Assembly (NCBI GenBank): GCA_003971905.1
Contig: RSEE01000024.1
Span: 496,001-560,000, forward strand
Direction of reading: 5' to 3'
Source: Moniliella sp. 'wahieum'
Taxonomy: Eukaryota
Length of the DNA: 64,000 nucleotides
Below the pieces are notes generated by a model. It saw only the letters and a program-made list of their open reading frames with translations. It did not search any database and was not told the origin of the DNA. Positions within the stretch are counted from its first letter, which is position 1; every line of letters starts with the position of its first letter. Shown here one piece after another: positions 26,857 through 39,108 of the stretch. The translations under genes were made by a program, and so were the position numbers.

Positions 26857-28060
26857 GATGAGATGGAAGGGCGACTTACACTGGGCGTGGGCGAGGCGGT
26901 CGGGGCAGGGGCGTGCTGGATGGTGCGGGTGGTGGGTGTAAGAAAACCCGAGAACACAAGCGCCGGCACAAAAAACTTTTCTGGGCGCCCGCGGAACCTC
27001 CAAACATTCCGCCCTGGCGCCTCCACCGACCGACTGACCGCACGTGACGCGTGAATGCTTGAGGTGCCTCTACCTATAATGAGCCTGTCGATGGCCAGCT
27101 CTGGCCAGCCGTGCCCAGCTTGATCCATCCCCGCCGAGTTGTTGCGAAGGTAAATGCCATGATGACACCCCCTGTCGGCCTGGGCCTCGGGGCGTCCCTC
27201 AGGCGGCAGCGTTGCACGCCAGTGCCTGGGTCCCAGGCTGATCTTGCCCGAGGCTTGTGAGGTGGTGGTGCTACTTGGCGCCCCCCTAGTTTTCCATCCG
27301 CAATGCAGCGTGCACTGGATTGGCAGACACGCGCTGATCGATGATCCACGTTCCACATGTGCCAACTTGGCGTCGCTGGGCGCTAACAGGCGCCAACCCC
27401 CCTGTAAATGGCATCCTGCCAAGCCGGGGTCCCACCCCTTCCCTCCTGCATGCATCTCCTGACCGCCCAGAATTGGACAGTGGATATAGCCTACACGCTG
27501 CGCCCGGTTGCGCCCACTATCATCGATATCATCGGCACTAGGAGCACAGCGGGGCGCTGGGCGTTGGCGGCGCCCACCGGCCACCCCCAGTCCTGCGCCC
27601 GCCCGTGTGCTGGCGTGGCCTAGAGTGACATGTGACAAGGGACGCACGGCGGCGAGGCCAGACCGAAGAACCAAGGCGTGGTTGCAGAGCTGTACAAGTC
27701 ACTAGTCGCGAGCGGTGGTATAGCACCTAGCAACTTGCCTCCCAGCATCGCTCCACCTTGGTCGCCCTGCGATGAGGGCGTGCGGACGGGTGAGGCCCAC
27801 CCGCCTGCCAAGCAGCCAGGCGGAATGAAAGCTCAGCGCTCAGCCGCCCACGCAGCCACCCAGTACCCAGCCTGGGCGGCTCAGAGCACTGAGCACGATC
27901 GCTGACCATCATGCATCGCCGGCCAGACGCCCAGAAGACCATGGAGAGCCTGAGACATGGCGCCTGGGGTTTAAAAGGAGATACGGCACGTGTCTTGCTG
28001 GGCGCGGCCCGGCGCAACCCTCTTCTTCCCCACCATCGTCCGCAGTCCGCCGTTTGCCCC

Positions 28061-29119
28061 ATGAAGGACGTTCTCACTGACGCCAACTTTCCCCGCGACG
28101 CCGAGGGCCGCACGTACCATGTCAACACCAAGCCTGGCGAGGTGGCCAACCGCATCGTGGTCGTTGGCGACTTTGTCCGCGCGCGGCGGATTGCAGCGCA
28201 CATGGATGGCGGCAAGGCCTTGTTTGAACACGTGTCCCACCGCAACTTCCTTACCCTGACGGGGCTCTACCGTGGCACCCCCTGACGGTCGTTGCCATCG
28301 GCATGGGCTTCTCTGTTGTGGACTTTTTCTTGCGCGAATGCCGCGCCGTGGTGGCGGGGGACATGGTGATTGTGCGTGTGGGCTCGTGTGGCTCGGTGAA
28401 TGAGGAGTTGACGATCGGTACCGTGTCTGTCCCCCCCGCCTCGCTGGGCATGATGCGCAAGTACGATTTCTTCCACCCTTCCACCTACACTGGCCAGGCC
28501 ACCTCTCCGCTCGATGCGTATGAGGTGACCAAGCCCCTGCCAGCAGACGAGGAGGTGCATGCTGCCTTGGTCCACGCCCTGGAGGCCACGTGCCCCCCTG
28601 CGTCGGAGGACCGGTTCAACGGCCAGCGGCCGAACATTAAGCCCAACTACCTCAACGGTTCTGCCGACTCGTTTTATGGCACGCAGGGCCGGATCGACTC
28701 GCTGTTTGTGGACGACAACAAGGGTCTTATCGCTGCCATCCAACAGTCGCACCCGACTCTTTCCACCTTGGAGATGGAGACCTTTGTTCTTTCTCACCTC
28801 GCCCTCTGTGCCAACTATGCGGCGGAAGAGAAAGAGCGCACGGATGGCCTCCAGCTGGGCACCCTCCCGCGGATCAAGACGGCCGCCATGCAAATGATGT
28901 ACGTCATCCCACCTCCTGCCTGTGCAACCCCCCTGCCATACTGACTTTGGACACTGCCACAGTTTCGCCAACCGCAACAACCAGGGCTTCATTACTCCTG
29001 ACGAGGTGCAGTTGTTTGGAAGAATGGTGTGGAAAGGCAGTGTGTGAAGCACTGGTTGCAACGCCTATCGACCAAGATCGCCTCCACCCACCCCGACCCC
29101 GGCAGCGTCTGGGCCATTG
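28061..29119 (+). CDS. Purine/uridine nucleoside phosphorylase family protein; frameshift near 28280, intron ~28899-28961, 3' end approximate
   Basis: DANFPRDAEGRTYHVNTKPGEVANRIVVVGD, IGMGFSVVDFFLRECR, RVGSCG, SADSFYGTQGR, LEMETF. Confidence 0.88.
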
Positions 29120-30482
29120 AGGCCCGGCCGGAAGCCTAAGCTCCCTTGGTTGGGCGGTATGGAAAAGGAGGTACTTTCCGGCTGTACCCGGCCCTATTCT
29201 CGACGGCGATGGGCAACTACAGCTTACTCCCAGGACGTATACTGGGGGGTGCTTAGCACCACTAAGCGGGATAAAGAATGTATTGCTACATCATGGTGTC
29301 ATGCTGAGACTTTTGTAGATAAGAAGGGACAGAGGCGAGTCCGGCGTCTCGTTTTAGCGGAAGATGTGACGCACGAGCCACTCCTGTGTGTGTCCATGTC
29401 ATGGATATCAACGACGGCAGACTGTGAATCTCATCCCACATGGGCTCAGAACCCAAAAAGTGCCGTTGATACATGATGACGATGTATAATGCGGAGACAA
29501 CCAGAAGAGTTTCAACCCTCAACTTTCAACCTTCAAGCTTGTCAACGTGAAAACGTTCACGCGTCCATCCCGGTTATATAGCAGGTAGAAGTACGTCAAG
29601 TATACCTCTCGGTAACCGTCGCAATTCCAAGAGGAAGAAGTATTTGGAACACGGTCGACGAGGACGCTGAACATCAAAAAAGAATCTTTTGCCGTCCCAA
29701 CGTCTTCTCGTCTAGATGCCACATACTCTCAATAGTATTAGCGACCACAGCCACTGAGAGACTCATTTCCTACACCCCCCATTCGTCATTCTGTATGTAT
29801 ACTTCGGTGCACATTGGTCCCGGCTATAAGAGCTCGATCTACTGCAGATGATATGAATGCACCAACCGTATAGGAAGCAAGCCGATGCGATAGCACTGCT
29901 TGGGATGAGGACACGGTGAAAGATCTGGGGAAGGGCATCAACCAAACGTATCCAAGTTGCAAGACGGTCGACATGCTCGTCGCGTTACTAGCACACAACA
30001 TATTACGCTTCAACGAACCGCGCCTGCAGACAACGCATCACTCATCGCTGCCCTCGTCACGCGTGGGCACTTGGGCGTGCCGGTGGCACTAGCCCGGCCT
30101 GCGCACATACTCCCCCCCTCCGCCCAACATCTAATTAACACAATGTACAGCTCGGCTGCTGCAGTGCCTGGAGAGCCAGCGCTGAGGGGCCTCCCGCGCA
30201 GGGGCAGTGTGCCGTGCCAGACACGCACCGGCGCAACGCACTTGCGTGGTGCGGTGGGCACACGGGCGCAGTGTCGTGGGGGCGAGTGGCGCGGGGCTGG
30301 CCGTGGATGGGCAGCGAGCGCTTTTTGGCTCTCTCGCGCAGCACGGGGGTGTCCTTTCTTGCGACGTTTCCTCTCCCTTGCCCGACCACCCCACCACCCA
30401 CGACCACCACCCCTCCCTCCCTGTCCTGCCTGCTGCCCTCGGCCTCCTACCCCCTGTCCTGCGCCCCGCGTGTACGTTCTCC

Positions 30483-31529
30483 ATGTTCGGCACTGGCCCT
30501 CCACGCTTTGGGCGGTCCCTGGCTGCTGGCTCCCAGAGAAGCTTCCACAGCTCTCCCCTCACCTCGCCGCTCTTCCTTGCCACCACGCTCTGCGCCTGCA
30601 TCGGCTGGCTTGTCGCCTTCGTCGGGCAGTGTGCGCTCCAGGCCAAACTGGACTCGGATGCCAAGGCAGCCCACATCGACGAGGGCCAAGCCCATCTGCC
30701 TTACATTTGGTTTGGCATCTTTGCCCAGCTGGGCGCGACGATTTTGGTGCTGGTCACGCTGCAGACCCAGTCGCTGGCAGGCTATCGCACCCTGGTCAGC
30801 TCCTGCCTTGTGCTAGCCATTGTTTTTGCTGTCATGGGCGCCGACCAGACCATCTACACCCCCTCTGCCGCCCAGGATGCCGCCTCGGCCCACGCTACCG
30901 CCGCCGGATACGTCCTGTGCCTCGCGGCCGATCTTCCATGGCTCCTGATCCTCAGCAGCGACCCCAGCACGTTCTTTGGCAGCCTGGCCGGCGACGCAGC
31001 TGGCTCCTCAACCCTCCCATCAGCCAATGCGGGGAGCGTATACAACCCTCCTGCCGCAGGGGGCTATGGCAGTTCTGCGCCTGCCTTTGCCCAACCCATG
31101 CCGATGGAGACTTCCCACACGGCTGGGTACGGGTCGTTGGGAGCAGGCTATGGCCCAACGGGCGGGGCGTATGCGCCCCATTCTGCTTCCGCCAACGATC
31201 TCGCACCGCAGGCCGAGACGATCCCCATGGCGAATGTGACGGGGTACGCACGAGAAGAGGAGAAGGATGCGCCGGTCGTGTTGGCTTCTCCGCCGGCTGC
31301 CACCTCAGTGCTGCCGCAAGAAATGTTTCCGCCGCAAGCGGAGCCACAACGGCTGCGCGCGCGCGCACTGTACGCCTACACGGCTTCCCCCGACGACCCT
31401 AACGAAATTTCGTTCGCCAAGGGGGAGGTGCTGGACATTACCGACAACTCGGGCAAGTGGTGGCAGGCGCGCAAGGCCGATGGGCGGGCTGGGATCGTCC
31501 CCAGCAACTATATGCAGCGCATCGAGTAG
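30483..31529 (+). CDS. SHO1: High-osmolarity signalling sensor, four TM segments plus C-terminal SH3
   Basis: four hydrophobic helices, then ARALYAYTASPDDPNEISFAKGEVLDITDNSGKWWQARKADGRAGIVPSNY. Confidence 0.92.
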   Translation: MFGTGPPRFGRSLAAGSQRSFHSSPLTSPLFLATTLCACIGWLVAFVGQCALQAKLDSDAKAAHIDEGQAHLPYIWFGIFAQLGATILVLVTLQTQSLAGYRTLVSSCLVLAIVFAVMGADQTIYTPSAAQDAASAHATAAGYVLCLAADLPWLLILSSDPSTFFGSLAGDAAGSSTLPSANAGSVYNPPAAGGYGSSAPAFAQPMPMETSHTAGYGSLGAGYGPTGGAYAPHSASANDLAPQAETIPMANVTGYAREEEKDAPVVLASPPAATSVLPQEMFPPQAEPQRLRARALYAYTASPDDPNEISFAKGEVLDITDNSGKWWQARKADGRAGIVPSNYMQRIE

Positions 31530-32494
31530 TGTCGTGTCTTGACTACCCTCATACCCTTTTCCTCCCCCTTGTTGTATCCCTCCTTCTCTCACCTGTCGCC
31601 GACGGGGGGGCGATGAACAGGCGTATACCGACCCCGTTTTGGCTCGGATGGCAAGGGTGCCCGTGCTCTTTTGACTCTCCCCCCCCCTGCCTAACTTGCT
31701 TGTCCCGCTGGCTGTCCCCCCCCCCCCCCCATTGGGCAACGATCCTTGTGGCCACCTGCAGGAAGGAATGCGGTCGTAGTAGGTGCCATGGCGTTCGCGC
31801 CGCGACTACCTTGCGAACCGCGCCCCCCCTACCTCATACGCCGTCTTTTCGCTTGCACTTCTCTGCTCCCTCATGATACAGTTTCCCAGGGGCCTTCTCT
31901 CTACCACCCTTTTTTCCCTCGAGGCCCTTTCTTCTCCCACGGACCGGGATCCTGACCCGCTTAGTACACCGCCATCTTGTCCCTACTTGCATCCTAGTTC
32001 AACCTTCAAGCGTAATGCGTGGCGGGGAGGGCGTCGGTCAAAGTTGGTGCAGAAAGCATGCTTGGCGAGAAACACTTATCGCAGGCTCCTAGAGCCTAGA
32101 ATTGGGTTGGCCGCGTAGATCGCCGTGTTGGATCCGCCGTTGTAAGCTGTAGTACAAACCTGCACCTGTCGCTACTACATCACAATGTGTGCGCGGGATG
32201 AGACCGAGCTATCAAAAAGCTCTTGTATGAATGGACTTGTATGAATGGATCCAGTAACGCTAGTGACATAATGACAGTATAGGTACCCAATGTAGCCCGC
32301 CATGAGGTGCCAAAAAAAAAGAAAAAGGATGAAGGCCGGGGGCCGGCAAAACGACAAAGAGAGGGGTGGGCGAGATGCGAGAGAATGATACCGGGTACGA
32401 TCGAATCCAGTGTGAACATAACGGTCTGGACGAATGAGGGGGGGGAAGCTCCGAATCAGGAACGGGATAAAAAAACAAGGAAAACCTACAGCGA

Positions 32495-34756
32495 TTAACA
32501 CCCTGGATGCGTCAGCTTGTTTTTGGGCCAGGCACGAGGCCAGGTGGTGATGTTGGGGTTGTAGTAAACGTCTTGGTTGCGTTCAATGTACGCGGCAGTA
32601 GGGTACTCGGGAGGGTCGCAACTCACCCGGGGCTGTTGGCCCGTGGGCTGATACAGACGCACATAGTCAAACTGCAGCTGGGCCGGGAAGCGCAAGCCTC
32701 GTGGATCGTCTGGATTGAGAATCGTCGGTTGGAAGCCGGGGGAGATACCCAGGTTCTATAGGGGTAGACAAAGATGGTAAGTTAGGACGATGCCACGGAG
32801 GGAGCACAAACCAATCGAGAGACAACATACCATAACAATGCTCATTGGTTCGACCGGAATGTGCCTCTGACCCACATCGAGTTCAGGCACAGGGCCTACT
32901 GCCGACCCCTCCACGCGCCAGGCCGGCTTACCATCGATCCACCAGCGCACATATCCTCCCCCGTTTAGGTCCCAATCGGGAAGATACTCGACCCCATACC
33001 GAACATAGCGAGGGATGGGCGCTTTGCTGAATCCATCGTCGGGACACTGTGTCAGGCCCGAGACCGCTTCTTGGTACACTGAGCCCACATAATCATTCAC
33101 CCGGGAGATGGAGGTATTGTAAAGTGTTGCGTACTGCGATGTGTTTTTCCACCAATAGCCCACGTCAAACGGCGCCGTCTGAAGACTGCTGGAAGCATAC
33201 GTGTGGTAATTCTTCTTGTCGTGCATGCCTTGCTGAACCTGGGCCTCAATCACGTCAATCTCCGGAGCGGCGCGAGCTACAGAGGGGTTGGGGCCCGGAT
33301 GATCCTCCCCGGCACAAGTGCACGAGGGAGCACGCATGCCCTCGAGATAGGACAAGACTCCGTTCTTGGCCCATTCTCCGCGCGAGTGTTGCGCCTGGTA
33401 GGGGCCGGTTCCATTGAGGAAAGTCTGGTTGGGTAGGATGCCGGTATCACAACTCGAATACGAGTAGCTGCGCGTCCGTCGTTAGTATCCACCCTTCCCT
33501 GGTTCATCCGCTTAACACATATTCCGAAACGAGATACATACGGCCACATCCCATTCGTCGATCCCAGGTAGCCAGGGCGTCCAAGGTTTCCCATGATCCA
33601 TGCTGCGGGCCAGTAGCCCTGGGTGTAAGGGTGCTCGGGCATGAGCATGGAAAATTCAATATAGCCTCCTTGGAAACAGAGCTTGTTCCAGCTTTGGAGC
33701 ATGCCCGATTGGAAGTTGAGGTTGTGGGTATCCTTTTGGGTCATGGTGATCACCAGAGAACCTCCTGTGGTATTGATCGCCTCGGGAGAGTACCACTCAT
33801 AATCACTCGTGGCTGCATAGTAAATGTCTACCGCCTCCCAAAAAGGCTGAATGGGGGTGAGAGAGGGGAAAGTAATACAAACGCGGTCAGGTCAACGGTA
33901 CTGGCACGCCTCAGACTGTGGGTAGGTGATTATTGGGACTCACATCATCGCCTGGCCAGAACGTGCGGCCTTCTTGGTTGAACTCGTCAGAGAAGATCAG
34001 GTCAAAAGATTGGTGCTCCAAGTTGCTCCATTTGTATAGGTCCTGAGGGGTGTCAGTATCAATGAGAGGCCGGATTGGCAGCGAAGGCATTTGCCCTGAC
34101 CCGTTCGTTCCCCCCGGCGACCCGGAGAAGGTCTCGAGAAGAGAAGCATGGTGAGAGAACTGGGTGATGATGGGGTAGCCGGCAAAGAGCATGATTAGCC
34201 CCCCAGCCAAAGCGACCAGGGTAAAGATGTTGAGGGCGCCCGTCCAGGACACACCACGGTTACGGTCATCTTTCTGGATGGCTTTGGGATCAGGGTCGTG
34301 CAGGTCGTCGTACGGATCCTCGACCTGGTAAGTGTGAAAGAGCGGGTGGTCAAGCAGGATGGGACTGTACTGGTGCGCCGCGTGGCTCTGCGGGCTATCA
34401 GCGGCCAAGCCGGACCCAGAGCCGGCGTGGGAGCCGAGGCTGGTGGTGGACTGTAGGGTCTGGAGGGTGGCAAGTGATTTCTGCTTGTGCGCGATGCCCG
34501 AGGAGGAGGAGGAGGGAGCATAGTAAGGCGAAGCTGGGTGCGCGGACGCCGGGTGAAGAGTTTGTGTGTCGTTCGCGTGCCCGTACCCGTACCCGTCGGC
34601 TTGCGGTGGGAGGGGAGACGAGAAGGTACCAGAGGTGGTGAGGATGGGAGTGGTGCCGCCGGGGGCGTGGCCATCGTCGCGGCGAACGAGGGTGCGAAGA
34701 GTGGGCCCAGCAGACCAGCTGTCGGTGGCGCGGTGGGTGGGCGGCGGCGGCGGCAT
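32495..34756 (-). CDS. KRE6/SKN1 beta-1,6-glucan synthesis-associated GH16 type II membrane protein; three introns (~33943-33826, ~33538-33468, ~32830-32756)
   Basis: DDLHDPDP, TM ending LFAGYPI, LIFSDEFNQEGRTFWPGDD, SGMLQSWNKLCFQGG, RAAPEIDVIEA, FDYVRLYQ. Confidence 0.93.
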
Positions 34757-36329
34757 GTAACGAGCGTGGCGGGCACGGGGGGGAGGCGAGGCAACAGAGG
34801 AGTGGCTCGGGAGTGTGCGGGTGCTGGCAGCAGAGGCGGGCGCGGGCGCGACGGACGGGAGGGGCGGCGTGGCGAGCGAGACGGAGGGGAGGGCCGGGTG
34901 GGGGCGATGCGGTGGGCGGGGAGGGGTGCCGAGGGGGCGTGGCGCCCACCCGAGCTGCCATGGCTGCCGCGTGGGTGGGCGGGTGGAGGCGCATTCTATG
35001 CAGGACGTTGTCGCGTCGCATGGCCGATGAGCGTGATGGATGATGCATGATGGCTGGTGATCGACGTCTCCTTGCATCATGCATCACATACACCAGACGC
35101 TGGCGTCCCACCCGCCGTGGCTGCGGTGGCCTGTATGCGCCTGTATGCCTCGCCATGGACATGGGCCGCGCATGCAGGGGGCCATGGGACACGCGCTGCG
35201 CACTGCGTTTGGGCCGCCGACAAGCGAGGAGGCAGCAATGCGTCGCAGTGGTACAGGTTACAGGTTACATGTCATCTAACACACCGCTGCCGTGGCTCCG
35301 CCCCCTGCAGTGCTCGCCCAGCGGTCGTGGTGGTCGCAGCGCCGCGCTCAGGCACAGCCGAGTGGTGCAGTGCCGCAGGTGGGTGCCGAACAAGCGCACG
35401 GGGGCAGTGGCGCTGCGGAGTGCGTCCCTGCGGCTGATGCAGCCGGTGCTTTTTGGCCGCGGGCCACTGCGGCGGCCCAACGGCAGGAGTATCCCACGAG
35501 GTGTGGTATTGTCACATGTCAGGCCCAGGTCTGCCAGGCTAGGCCAGGTATGCCCTGTTGTGCCCTTCGATCGGGGCAGCACAGCGCCGTTCCCAGCAGT
35601 GCATAGTGCCAACAAGGCACGGTCCGCGCGGTACCGAAACACACATTCCTTCACTCGCCCATTGGGACGTGTCAGGAACTGCAAACCACATTGGCCTGTT
35701 ACGTTGTTTGGTACCGCCGGGTTGTCACAAGGCATAGGTAACCGGGAACCGGCCCTCAATCAAGTTCAAACTCGCAGCGCTCAAGCTGTCTTCTACCTAA
35801 ACGTATGCCTGAGAGATGCTCTGTACATGTAAAAGCTGCACATAAAAAGGTTCTCTTTCCTTTCAAGCGAAAAGGTTGTCGAGAAAGACGGCAATCGAGA
35901 TAATAAAGAATCAGAACTGGCGTGGGGGGGCCGCTTGGGCGCGGATCTTGCATAGCAGCGAGTAAAAGCGGCTGCAGCAGATAGGCGCTGTTCGATATAG
36001 TGACTGATGCATGATGTGTGGCGCTGGTAAATTCGGTAAATAGTTTCCCGAGTGTGGACGCAAGAAGCAATGCACGATACGTACAAAGCTTGTGGCGGCG
36101 ATTGCCTTCAAAAAAAGTCTTGGCAAGCCCGGCCGAGATGCCTCCTCAGGGACTCAGGCCGAGCGGCTGAACCTTCAAGCTGTTCAAAGCTTCAAGCTTT
36201 TGATTGGCCGCTGCGCGGCATGTGGAGCTCAGCGCGGCTCACATATCACAACCCGTACAGTCCCGCCCTGGGGCCTGGCCTGACCTGACGCCCGTGAGGT
36301 CGGCCTAAGGCTCAAGCCCTCTTCAGGCC

Positions 36330-36387
36330 TTCAAACTTCAAGCTTCAAGCTTTGTAAAGGTGTAGCTGGTGAAGCTTGAAGTTTGAA
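36330..36387. repeat. Perfect 18-bp inverted repeat with 22-bp spacer
   Basis: TTCAAACTTCAAGCTTCA (36330-36347) and TGAAGCTTGAAGTTTGAA (36370-36387). Confidence 0.9.
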
Positions 36388-37192
36388 AAGCTTGAAGCTG
36401 ATTTGTGCACATCCCCTGGGTCGATGCAAAACGCTGAGGCGTTTCGAAGGATTGATTCGTTGAGGCGTGGATAACTGCACTGATAGGCCCGACGAATAAT
36501 ACACTGAACATCGAAGGGTACCCAACTCCTACTTGCGTACACATACAACCAACAGAGCGGGAGCGCTCGCCCCTGTGGCTCATTGCAACAAGCGCTATAC
36601 ATGCCGGATGAGCGTGATGAGCCAGCCGATAAGATTACCGGGGTGTTTCTTTGTCTTTGCCTGAGAAGCACTCTGTCAGCTATGAAGTCAACTGTAGGAA
36701 GTGGCATTATGCCATCGTGACCGATCATGATCGATGCATGATTAATGATTGCCAAGGGGAGGATCGATCGGATCCACCGTTTTTTCGGCAGGGCCTTGCC
36801 GGTGCCTATGCCGCGCTGCTTATAGAAAGTTTCTGGAAGCAGTAGCTACAGTAAGATCGACGGCCATCGATCCCTGAGGTTATCGATTATCGACAAGTCC
36901 TAGAACCATATGCACATCACATACCGCCCCCAATACGCTGTTACGGTGGGCATTTCGCGTTGATACTACTTACGTGTTGCGATCTGTTACGACCTGTTAC
37001 GCATTTGGCCACCATTGTGCTCAAGCTCAACGTTCACGTTCACGTGTCCCATGTCACGCCGAGCCATAGCCACGATACATGAGCGTGACACCGAAAAGTT
37101 TCCACGGAGAAAACCAGGGAACAACCCCCCAAAAGGATCAACATCCAGAGTAGGACTTGGCTCCTTATATGCTAGGGAATCCTGTAAAAAAG

Positions 37193-37278
37193 CGCCCCAC
37201 GTGGGACTCGAACCCACAACCGTGAGATGGACTTCACTGCGTAAGAGTCTCAAATTCTACCGATTGAAATAGCGAGGC
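37193..37278 (-). tRNA. tRNA-Lys(CTT) with 13-nt intron
   Basis: GCCTCGC/GTGGGGC acceptor, TGAGA-CTCTTA[intron]A-TCTCA, GGTTCGAGTCC, downstream T-run. Confidence 0.88.
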
Positions 37279-37562
37279 TACATGCATGTTGAAACGTCCA
37301 GTCACGTGCCTTGGGTTTACCATGCTCAGCTTTGGTTCTGTCGACGTCGAATTTCTCAACTCCCAACTCTCAACAGTCTCCTGCTCCCGCTGCTGAGGCT
37401 GCCACAATGAAGCTGCCATGAAGCATCGCAAACCGGGACAAGCGCATGCATGTGTAACTCCCACAAGACTACGAGCGCTCAACACGAAGATAACGGGAGA
37501 CATGTACATGTAATGGCATGGACCATCAATCGAGAAGAGGGATCGTGGCTCAAAGAGCTGAT

Positions 37563-38857
<1,295 letters not shown>

Positions 38858-39108
38858 CTACTTGAGCAACAGCCGGCGCCGTGCGCACGAATGGCTACCT
38901 GCCCATCGGCATGCCCATTCCGCCGGCCGTTCCGCCTCATGCAAGTTTCATGGGGCTGGGTGCCCGGCCGCGCGCTGACATAAGACGGCGGGGGTGCGTG
39001 GAGGGCGGGAGTGCGGCGCACGCTGCCCGTCCCGCAGCCACGTAGCAGCCGTGCCTGCTGGCCGCCCGTCTTCCCACCCCCACCATCACCTCGGCACCCG
39101 CCCCAGCC

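Noticed and set aside
29470..29570. ATGATGA C box suggesting another C/D snoRNA
   Set aside because: No suitably placed CTGA D box or recognisable rRNA guide.
34800..36100. Long GC-rich ORFs upstream of KRE6, and similar antisense or overlapping ORFs across the window
   Set aside because: No motifs; composition is typical of spurious ORFs in high-GC promoter DNA or shadow frames of real genes.
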